A stretch of DNA of 59,679 nt from Klebsormidium nitens (lineage: Eukaryota; Plantae; Klebsormidiophyceae). Position numbers and translations under genes: made by a program. The stretch covers positions 1 to 59,679 of the forward strand of contig DF237489.1 of the NCBI GenBank assembly GCA_000708835.1, read 5' to 3'. Below the pieces are notes generated by a model. It made no database searches and had not been told where the DNA came from. It saw only the letters and a program-made list of their open reading frames with translations. Within the stretch, counting starts at the first letter, position 1. Each line of letters begins with the position of its first letter. Positions 1 through 10,441 of the stretch are shown one piece after another.

Positions 1-480
1 ATCTGAGGAAACTCATATCAAAGTTCTTCAGGACGATATAAGGAATGTTGTTGATATTGTTAGCAAGAGTGTCCAAGAGAACCGAAAGGTGGATGGGTTA
101 TTGATGATGCTATGCATGTCGAAACAGAGGGCATGGAGCAAAGGGCTGTCCGAATATCCTACAAAATCAGTCACGATTGAATTTTGTCGAGTTATGCCGT
201 GCGCTACTCGGCTATTGCCGGTCCTCATCGGGTCCGGCGGAACGCATAGAACTCTGAGCTCAGAGACGCTAGTCACGCCGATCACCGGCGCTCGCTCCAG
301 TTATATCTTCCCGCATCTAGCCATGCAGAACAACTTAGGCGTATCCCGGCTAGACCCGCGATTACCCACTCACTTAAATGCCACGTCATGGCGCAACAGA
401 ATGGTGCTTGCTCAAGGGATAGTCATGGATAGATACAACATAATAGCACGTGCAACCCACATCATGCTATGAATTCTCAC
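1..480 (+). mobile_element. Degenerate Ty3/Gypsy-type LTR retrotransposon fragment (gag zinc knuckle plus aspartic protease relic)
   Basis: 108-149 reads CYACRNRGHGAKGC, an exact CX2CX4HX4C knuckle, preceded in frame by two TGA stops. In another frame about 220-265 reads VLIGSGGTHRTLS, resembling the retroviral protease motif LIDSGATHNFIS with the catalytic D lost, followed by MDRYNII (like the DVILG segment). The gag-then-protease order fits Gypsy. Confidence 0.55.
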
Positions 481-2599
481 ACATTGCTCCGGCCTCCCAA
501 TAACTCGCACACCAAGAATGTAGGCACCCATGCTCAGCCCGTCATACTCACATCACCGGAGACGAAGCTCCACACCAATGCACCACGGCTGCTGAATGCT
601 CAGATCCTTCTCATATGCTCGGGCGCCATGTTGTCCTTACAAGGAAGCTCGAGGAGAACTTGCAACTTGAGAAGTGAGTCACACTACTCTGGAAGCAAGT
701 AGTATACTAGCACTACCACTTGGCCGGAGGTGAAACCACCCGGCTACAGATCTACACTCGACCGGAGGTCTGGCTACCGGTCGGAAGTCAACTATTGTCA
801 ACCCTAGCATGTGGCCACCCTCGTGTGACCTAGCCTAGTCACTGGCTATCGTCCTATGTCGGGGGACCTCCCTCGTGCGAACCCGACAGGCCACCGGAGC
901 CTCGGAAACCTCGAAACCCCCGCGTGGATGACACCTGTCAGCCGCCCGCCTTACGCTACCGGACCGCGGCCGCATGCGCCCAACGTGTTATGGCACGGGC
1001 TCCTCACGGCATGGCAGTTAATCTAAAGATCGTCAAGCAAGTGTAAAGAAAAGGCCGAAATCAAAGTGCCAGTAGAAAAGAGGGTCAGGTTAAGAGTGTC
1101 AAACGCTTTGGCGTTTAATCTAGACATGCGCCAAAGGGATGGTCAAGTCCAATATAAGGTAGTTCGGTAGACACAATGGTGGGCTTCCACGTGACCCACC
1201 CATCCTTCCAGCTCATTCAAAAGGCTTCCGCTGCCTTGATATAGGCCCAGACGGTCGAAGAGGATACCGGAGTGAAGGAGCTCCATATGATTCTAAAAAC
1301 TTCATCGATGTCCGCTGTAAGTAAGATGCTAGCATAATAAAGCCGAGTCAGAAAGTGACAAAAAATCCATTAGCCATGTAGCAGAAGGGTAGTTGTCATG
1401 CATAGACGTCGCAGCTACTGCACAATTGGGTCTTGTGAAAGGCCTTATCTACTTGTAAAACCGTATAGTTAATGGGTGAAGGGTCACATTTGAAAAGGCA
1501 AGATGTAGCGCTCAATTTCATTCATGGTTGAGGGCAAGATGCCGTCCTGCCGCAGAAGACACTTAGGTGCGGAAGCTAACACCAAGACACGAGCCAGCAC
1601 ATGATAACATAATGCAGCAGCCTGTCTTAAGCGCCTCAGACGCACGCTTCAAATTGAGACATGGTTGCTAATCTTACAATCTCTAAGTCATGGATTCTCT
1701 AAGCTAGCGAGTCTTCATGCTTAAGCCGCACGCGGCCGGCCGCGACTTGGACTCCAGCTGCCGGGTGAAAATTTTCCTGAATTCGTGATAATGGCGGGAT
1801 GGCAGAAGTGCACGGGGACTTTCATACCTGCATGCTTCAGCAGATTGGGCATTGGGCAGTTGCAAGGCATATTACTGACTGAATGCAGGCAAACCTGGCC
1901 GCCAACCCCGGCCGCAAAATGTTGACGGTTGGCATCGGCGCGCGGCCGCGCTTAATGCAGCAAACAGAATGCTGAGTGAGGACGCTCTAGGCATGCAGCT
2001 GATCGCAGCGCTTTGTTGAAGATCAAACGGTCTTTCCATACTTTTTGCCCTAAGTTTGAAAGAAGCAAAGGAGGAACACGATGATGGCTACTTTGACGGT
2101 GTGGATCCCACATCTAATGTGGTCTTAGAAAGGCTTCTACAGATGCATGCATGACACAAATTGAGGAAGAATGCGATTCTCGCAGAAACTTTTAGGGACT
2201 TTCTACATATGGCATGGCTCATGATAGCGTATGAAGGGTGTCGTTACCCGTAGTTCGTGCATGTGACGACGTGAAGTGACCTATACTTTCGAATTTTTCA
2301 AAACAAAATATGAAGATCATGCCATGTAATAATTATGCATAGTTTGATGAATCAACATTGCCCGCAGAAAACACAGTTAGTGAGTGGTGTTTGTTTAGTT
2401 TACTTAGATAATCAAGGACTACGCAGGCTAACTGCATCAATAAAGCGGTCTGACTCTTATTTAGACGTTTCGAACTCAAAGTGTGCGAATTAGATATCTA
2501 GTTGAATGGGCACGAGTCCCACGACAGTTCGCCACATAAACTATCGGCAATTGTTTTTGTATAGGCATTTTTTGCCTTAGCCAAAGTTTTGCTGTGTGC

Positions 2600-3150
2600 A
2601 GAAAGAGAGAATGCTTGATGTTTTGGTAGGGTACAATGTATAACGGGTGAGGCTTGGCGATGTACATTCCAAGCAAGCCGCATATTGTCAAAACTCGGAC
2701 CGAATACTTTCAAATAGTTCCTGGATGAAGCTTACACACGTAAGACCCTTACCCGCAAAACTTTGACGAGTATAGTGCGAAGGATTTGGAAGCACATTAG
2801 TATGCAAAAACCTCGAAAGTGGTAGAATTACTCGCGATACTAACATGGGTACACCCCTATTAGCCAGGAAACTCTTGGTTGCATGGTTGCATTTGCTTCG
2901 ATTGGCAAAACACTTACAATCACACAAATTTTAAGGTCACAAGCTAGCTAGCCTGCCAATACAAATCACTGAGCAAAGCTAGATCTACCAAAAGATGTGC
3001 CAAAAGAGGTGTTGAGAAAGAGATGATGAACGGTTGACAACTTCGACAACTTGTTCATGTGCAACAGAACTTGGACTCCCAACCCGTTTTGAATTGCCAC
3101 CAAGAGATCGAGGGTTTCCATTGGTTATTCTTGCATGAAACTTTTGAAGA
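2600..3150 (+). mobile_element. Degenerate piggyBac-like DDD transposase relic
   Basis: Three motifs in piggyBac order across frameshifts and stops: YNG*GLAMYIPSKPH (ATG 2660; cf. FKGR....YIPxKP), GRITRDTNMGTPLLARKLL (D at 2836; cf. ITxDNWFTSxPLAxxLL), MMNG/VDNFDNL (D at 3036; cf. YNxxMGGVDxxDQ). No TTAA-flanked TIRs identified. Confidence 0.45.
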
Positions 3151-3434
3151 CACTGTCCCATTAGAGTGATTATCTGACCTTAAATGATTCAATGATACAC
3201 TTGTTGGACTCAAACAATGTTCGACAATGTCCTGACATATTTTGGTGACTTATCCACCCGAGATTCGTGGGAAGCCATTTGACTTTGAAAGAGACTCAAA
3301 AATACGTAGTAAATCTGACTAGACTGAACCTAACTGACGATTCTTCGTCTATGTGTACGGTCCAGATCGATCTTCTGTTCTTTCACGGGAATGCTCATCT
3401 TGCACGTAGTCACATTCTCGAAACCTTGACGTTT

Positions 3435-6325
3435 CTATGTTGAAGGACCGGCGGGAAACAGAGCTTCGACACTGCAAAACAAGACATCTTGCTTTCATTC
3501 TCAAGAACGACCGTGGACTTCTCACAATTCGCCTGGTTTGTCAGGATGTGACCCACAGCCGATTAAAGACGAGGGGACCCACAGCAACCACTCGAAGTAG
3601 CTAATAATCAACGCTGCAAAATACTTATCATCCATCTTTGTTCCTCACCTTGAGCCCAGCTCGGCAATGATCTCGGTGGTGGTGGTGCTCCGCTTGTGCT
3701 TCCCAAAGGCCTCCCGCGCAGCGTACCTCGTGATGAGGGACCCTGCAATACCTGCCGCGATGCCCGGGTTGGACGAGAACCTGCACCACAGCAAGGCGCC
3801 CGTGAGACAACAGCAACGGCAAGTGTACGGGCCCTGGGACGTGCGTGGCCCTGCCTTCAAGCGGTGGAACACCTGGCTGGGGTGGTGCAAGGGGACAAGG
3901 AGCGAGGCCAGGAGTGGGGGGCAGAGCCAGGAGCGCTTGCACCCTCCGTAGCTGGAGACAAGAGACAGGGCCGGCGCCGCTGTACAGGCTCACGTTCGCG
4001 AGAAGAATTGGAACGCGTCCGTTCCTTGCTCCGTCTGCTGCACGAACTGGCGCGCCCACGCCATGAAGATGGCGATGCTGCATGCGCACGCCAAAGCAGC
4101 ACGAGTCAGCGGCAGAAGCAAGCCGACAATCCATCTCTGCGCAGGTCGCCGGCACCAACCCGCTGCAAGCTGAGCTGACCTGACTGGACGAGCAAGCAGT
4201 GCACGCCTGACTCTTAGCGACCCCCCCCAAATGCGTTCACTGTCAGTGCTGCTGCGCCCTGCGGCCCTTGGCGCTGCCTCACCTGCCGGCCATGATGTCC
4301 CCCTGGCCGCCCACCCTGCGCGGCGACCCAAACTCGCCGAACGCCTGCACCGTGTCCCCGTCGCTGACCTGGTCGGCGGGGCCCTTCTGGACCACCGTCA
4401 CATGGCCCAACCTGCAAATGCCGCACCAGTCAGCACAACCAGAACCACATCATCACAGGACGTCGCCAAAAGGGCACTCCTTGCCTGGCAAAGTGCTGAT
4501 GCAGGCAGAGGCGTGAGGCGCGAAGAATCCTCCCGAGGTAAAGCACCAAGTTTTGGCAAGGCGCTTTTTAGGAGAGCCCGTCTGTGTCCCCGTTTGTCCT
4601 CGACACCGTTCTCCCCTCAGATTCCCATTCCCGGGGCGGCCTCACCTTGCGGCAAGGTCCCTGAGCTGCTGGCCGGTGTCGGTCTGCTGGTGCTTGTAGT
4701 CCGGCCCAAACACCTTGTCCACCAGGCGGCGGTGCTCGTTGGGGTTGGGCGTCAGGATGGCCAGCCGGTAGCCCTGGATCAGCGCCGGCTCCTGCGTCGC
4801 CAGCCACAGCCCGTCCTGCACACCGCGACACGCAGGTGGGCCACCCATCAGGCAAGGCCGATAGTGCTCACGGGGAGCTTGGCCTCGCAGCAGAAGGAAG
4901 CCACGCTGTCAGGACTCAAGCACGTACTTGCGTCCGCTTCGTCGGTTTCACAACTATAGACCAAACAATGAGGGCCCCTGAACGACGTTGAAAGTGCACT
5001 TTCGTTAGACGTCCAGTCGCACCGGAAGGCAAGGCTGAGGCACAGAAGCAACGCCAGTGATGAGCGGCTTTCTGAGAGGAGCAAAGAAGACAACAAACGC
5101 GGTTGTTTGACATCGGCAGGTATGCCTCTGTGCCTCGGCCCCCCGGCGACCGGGGGTGCTCACCCCATCCAGGACCAGCGGCAGCTCTGCGCTGCGTGCC
5201 TCGCGGATGACCTTGGCCACAGTGCGCAGCAGCAGGTCGTCACGGCCCAACCCGGGGCCCACCACGAGGCAGTCAAATCGCGGCAGCCACTCGCGGATGG
5301 CGCTGAACGCCTTCTCTGCCACCTGCTCGCGCTCCTGCGCACTGGCTGACCTGGGGGGCAGGAACGGAAGAGGGGGGGGATTTACTAAAAAGTGAGCGCG
5401 GCGGCAGCTGAAAGACACCCTGCGCTGATCACGGGCTAAAACAGGCAAGGCAAACGCCCCCTACTGGAAGTGAATGGTTTTGAGAACCTTCGCGGATTTT
5501 CCATCATTCTGGCAGCAGGAATAGCAATCAGTCTTGGACACGAGCCAGCCCCAGGGGAATCACCCAGCAGAGCTGCTTGCCATGCAGCCCGCTTGGCTGT
5601 GCGGCTTGTGGCTGGGCCTCACTCATGTTCGTACGACTCCTCGAGCACCGGGTGCACAATCAGCTCGGGGCTGTAGCTCTTGATGACAGTGCCGGCGCCC
5701 TTGGCACAAAAGACGTGGGACAGATCCGCGCCAATCTTGAGGGCGGAGATGGCCGCAAAGAAGGGCGCGCCCGTGTACTCCCGGCAGCCTCCCAGCACCG
5801 CAACCTTGCCTGCAACAGCGCAAGCAGGCAGGGCACAGCAGGGCAGGTCAGGCGGGGCGCAGCAGACAGGACTTCTGCCGGGACGCGCACCTTGCCTCCT
5901 CAGTTTGTTAGCTAATGGAAACAACCCTCCTGTCCTACATGGACAAAATCAGATGGTGGCAGTAACCAAACGAGACCCAGCTGGAGTTTTCACTCACAGG
6001 TGGGCCAATAAGCTGGACACAATGGTGGTGGTGGCTCTTGGCCCCAGCATGCAGCCGAAGCAGGCATGCACAGAAGCCGCTGCGCGCAAGAAAATCAAAT
6101 GCAACTCTGAATTGCCCTTTCAAGGTTACAGATACATCCCAGCTCCAGTCATGCAGCATAGGCGAACAGGGCGCGGCGCCTTTTGCAGTGATGATCCAAG
6201 GGGGAATCAAAGCAGTGCAGCAACCGCCGCCACTTGCCTGCCTGGCCCTTGTGCTTGGTGGGGGCCAGTGCCGGGACAAAGGCCCGGATAGCCGACACCA
6301 CCTGCTCCAGGTTGCTCCACGACAT
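3435..6325 (-). CDS. NAXD: ATP-dependent (S)-NAD(P)H-hydrate dehydratase (NAXD/CARKD), 8 exons, 337 aa
   Basis: Exons 6325-6238, 5809-5623, 5350-5164, 4815-4646, 4411-4283, 4077-3994, 3780-3649, 3471-3435 splice to 1014 nt in frame. Motifs [63 protein letters not shown]. The true N-terminus may extend upstream. Confidence 0.93.
5810..6237 (-). other. GC-AG intron (NAXD intron 1, 428 nt)
   Basis: Minus-strand donor CAG|GCAAGT and acceptor TTGCAG|GCAAG. This is the only register with a recognised donor and an AG acceptor that restores the conserved KGQAGKV sequence. Confidence 0.85.
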
Positions 6326-6987
6326 GGGGCGGACAAGCGGGCAGCAAAGGGTGGAAAAACGAACGTGCAGCCACGAGAGAAGGGCGTTGCGACAAAAGGT
6401 GCCGGCCCGATGGTGGTTTCTGAATCCACGCAGTCCCCCATTGTGGGCGCATGCAGCTGCTGAATCATTGAATGCTGCCCGCGCTAGCTGCTTCCGCCTC
6501 CTACTACCGTACTAGCTATCTCAGAACTAGGAATCGGATAGGTTTCCAGACCGGGACCGCGGTAAAGAATGCCATGCGGCACTGCAGCTCTAATTTCAAG
6601 TGCTGTAGTCCGGAGGGCTCCTCGCCTGCCACCTCATCTTTTTAGCTCTCTCTCGGTGCTGCTCATTGGTTCTTGCTTGTACATGTAACATCTTATACAC
6701 ACCAAGGTTGAACTTAACAGTTTGAAACCCTTCAATAAAGACGTATTCTGGCGCCACGCCTAGTTGTCCATTGTCAAGTTTCGTGAGCTCTACCATTACT
6801 AAGCCTCAGGCTCTGAGTCGGAGTCTAGGCTCTCTACTCTTGGGGCCTTCGGCCTGATCGAGGCTGAAAACGTCTACGTTGTGCTCAGCAATCAAAAACT
6901 TGAAAAAGGAGCAGTTGAGCTATTACCTGCAACGCGAAGCTCCCCTTTCCCGACGTGCAGTAGAAGAGGTGCTCTCAGCCATTCAGG

Positions 6988-8845
6988 ATGTCGTTCAATC
7001 CACTCGGAGCAGAGGCGTTCAACGGGGATGAGGTGGCTCCTTTCTTTGGGTTCCTGGGAGCAGCTTCTGCCCTCATCTTCGCCTGTAAGATGCTGCACAT
7101 TCAACATAGAGGATCTCATGTGCCAATTGATTCCTGCAGGATGCATCTTAGTTGATTGTATCATCTGGTCAGCGAATTTACTCAATTGAAAGATCAGGAG
7201 TCAAGAGCACTGTGCTATTCGCGATTTGATTGGCAAATCTTATCTGACGTACCGGATTGCACAGTCAGCTCAGATGGACATCTGCTCAAGAGGTTATTTT
7301 CTAATGTTCCAGCTTGGGTTGTTTTTGCGACCAGAATTGATTGGCAGCTTTGCACATCTTTCCTTCATCTGGCATAGTCTCTTGCTCTGGAGTACATGCG
7401 ATTTTGTCCTTGCCATGTACAAACACTGTCTCTTGGATTCCATCAAAGGAACAGCTCAGGGTTTGCCTGTATCGACCAAAGCAGGAGCTTTGCTTGCAAG
7501 TTTTGAGATTCTGATTGAGTTAGCTTCAATGTTAACCAGAAGATTGTCTTCCATTTTGAAAAGGCTTTTCAAAGCAGGAATGTCAATGTCTGATGTTCAT
7601 AGACTGGGCGAGGTCTGCTCAAGCAGGTACAGGTGTACGCACACAGCGGTTGCACAATCTGACATTGTTGATGAAAAGCGATCACAATCTTTAGCAACCT
7701 CCCGTCAATTTCACAAATTGAAAGCAGATAGCATACAGATCCTTTTTGCATCTGAGATCCAGACGAATGTATTTGACTTCGTCCAACCCTGAGCATGTTT
7801 TCGCAGCACAAGTTCTGCTTTTCCGTTTGCTTCCGAGCCACTTGCCCGGGCATGAGGCCAAGATGTAGGGTTCTATGCTGCACAGTACACGAAACAGGGA
7901 CTTCCATTAGGGTGTTGCCTTCTTTGGTGATCAGCTGTCTTAACGCTGTCTCCTGCTACTCAGAGCCCCAGCCACTGATGCTTGCTGCTCCGCGCAGGTG
8001 CTGGCGCTGCGTATGGCACTGCCAAGAGCGGCGTGGGTGTTGCGTCCATGGGCGTCATGCGGCCTGAGCTGGTGATGAAGTCCATTGTCCCCGTGGTTAT
8101 GGCGGGAGTCCTGGGAATCTACGGCCTCATCATCGCCGTCATCATCTCCACCGGCAGTATCCTCGCCAATGCCCTTGTTTGCTTCTGATTCATATCCTGC
8201 ACATGTCAAACCTCCAGAAGGCTGCTAGCAGACTCGCGGTTCAGTTGTTGATGATCTATGCAGTTGCTGAAACAGCATTCCTGTTATCCTCCTTGAATTA
8301 CCCTCTAACAGTCAACCCCAAGGCAAAGCCGTACTACCTCTTCGACGGCTACGCTCATCTTGCATCTGGCCTGGCTTGTGGTCTGGCTGGCCTGTCTGCT
8401 GGGATGGCAATTGGAATAGTTGGTGACGCAGGTGTCAGGTAAGACAATTAGCTAGCCGAAGAGAATGCAGCAGTGTGAAGCTGCAGCATTCTGAGATTTA
8501 AGCGTATGGCTAAGGAGGGTTCATAATGGTGTCACAAGTTACTTTCATTTGTGTTTGAGCTCCTAGTCCTGGTTATGCTGTTCTTTCCAATCTTGCTTAG
8601 TAGCGTCAGCTTGCTGCTCTTGTTGACTTGCATCGGCTGCTGCTTACTCACATTTGAGGCGAAAGGCTTGTCGTTCTCGTATTGCCAATTCATATTGTAC
8701 TGTCTGCTTGTGCAGGGCGAATGCACAGCAGCCGAAGCTGTTTGTTGGAATGATTCTGATCCTCATTTTCGCTGAAGCTCTTGCCCTTTACGGACTGATC
8801 GTGGGTATCATCCTGTCTTCCCGTGCTGGGCAGTCGCGAGGTTAG
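6988..8845 (+). CDS. VHA-c: V-type H+-ATPase 16-kDa proteolipid subunit c, 4 exons
   Basis: Exons 6988-7084, 7998-8156, 8312-8438, 8716-8845, all [50 protein letters not shown]...[28 protein letters not shown], with the proton-carrying TM4 Glu intact. Confidence 0.97.
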
Positions 8846-10441
8846 CAAGCTTCTTTGGTGTCTTGTCTGATCAGGGAACAATCTGCTTCATTGCGACGCA
8901 AAGCGCATCTTTATCATGGACAGGACTCATGGGAAGTCTGAGGTGTTAAACCGCGCTGTACATGTTGAACAACAATATCATTTGATTGAAGTGCTGACTC
9001 TTGGCACAACTTGAAAAAGTTGCTTAAATACGCTCAAGTTCTGTATACTCACGCCTTGGTTGAAGCTCAAGAGCATCTTACAAAAGAGGGATGTGAATAG
9101 ACTCTGCGTCAATTTGCAAGTACAATTGTCTCAGGTCGGTGATTACATCATGCTCAATTCATATGTTGATTTCTGGTACATTTTTGTGAAGGCGTCATGT
9201 TGTGGAAGCATGTGTGGAAAGAGTCTGACCTAGAATGGCCTTTGCGCATGGGGTAAGCTGAAAATCACCCTCTGGTGAAGCGCCGCATTGCAATCTTGTG
9301 CCGCTTCTTGCATATCATTTAGCAACTTAACCTCAGCTAAATGCATTCCAGTCGTTTGTTACGCAATGTTGGACGTGTTTCTCTTTGCATGTGCCATGGC
9401 CGTCAAGGAACACACTTATGTATGCACATGTGCCTTGAGAAGCCTTGTGACGCACACATCCATCGAATGGGCCATGTGGCAAAAGCGGATCCTGAAGATC
9501 GATCCCGCGTTAAACCATCAACATGTGTATGCTCCTCTCCACCAATACAACATCAATAATACAAATGGCAGATCGCGAGCCGGTTGGAAGCAGATTCTAG
9601 CATGCACCACTTGCTGTCCAAGATAGCAAGAATGATGTTCCATGTACCTGAAGAACAATTCAGACACAATTGCCTGTTCCGTCTACCATGGCCTTCAACA
9701 GAAATCTAGCTCTGGATAAAGAGATGGTGATCGACAAGATCATCATGTATATGGTCACATGCTAAGAAGCATACTGTATTTGAAGACAGCTTTTGAACAC
9801 TTGCTTTATGTCTTATTCGATCATCTCGTGTTCATGACCTCGCAGCCAATGCGGCCGGCCATGAGAAGGCTTCTCGTGAGTCATGAACATACATATGATT
9901 GTATGTAATGTGCGGATGATGATACAAAGACACAGACGGTCACCTGGCACCCTCCAGCTTGTGGTAAGTCATCTTAAGTTGCACTCGCTGCTCAACCCAA
10001 TGAGGCTCAAGTCCCCACAACCTCTACAGTCCCAAGTCAGGAGCAAAGTTGCATACCACTTCTAACTATTGGACTTTGATGATTCTACATTGGCACACTA
10101 CCGCTACACGAATGCCAAAGCTGCTCCCGAAAACAAGCCAAATAAGTCGACGTCTTGCAACATCGTAACCAGATAAACATAAATAAGCCTTTTGTAGCCT
10201 GGTGGTATAAGATGAGCCAGCTTCATTCTCAAGCTACACCTGATGGCAGGGTGCTCATCCTCCATGGCCACTCCCGGCTCCTCTAACAACACGGTTGCCA
10301 ACCGATCAGCTTACCGGTGACTAGACCCACAACTGCCTACACTACTGACTGGTTGCGACGACCTATATGCAAAGCTAATGCACTTCGACGGCAAGGTCCA
10401 ACCAGCTGGACCTGTTAAGCCGCCATACCCACTCCAACACC

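Noticed and set aside
960-1950. GCGGCCGC-type palindromes (e.g. CGCGGCCGGCCGCG at 1731-1744)
   Set aside because: No TIR pair or TSD could be defined, and such dyads arise easily in GC-only sequence.
3601-3648. Alternative proximal acceptor giving NAXD a C-terminus of SVDY*
   Set aside because: It needs a 35-nt intron; the distal acceptor gives SVEALFPA, which fits the family C-terminus better.
4290-4330. [12 protein letters not shown] instead of RRCGGQGD
   Set aside because: I recall Val at this position in fungal homologues, so it is likely ordinary variation.
7998-8015. VHA-c CAGAAYG instead of the usual CMGAAYG
   Set aside because: A single hydrophobic substitution in TM1, away from the catalytic Glu.
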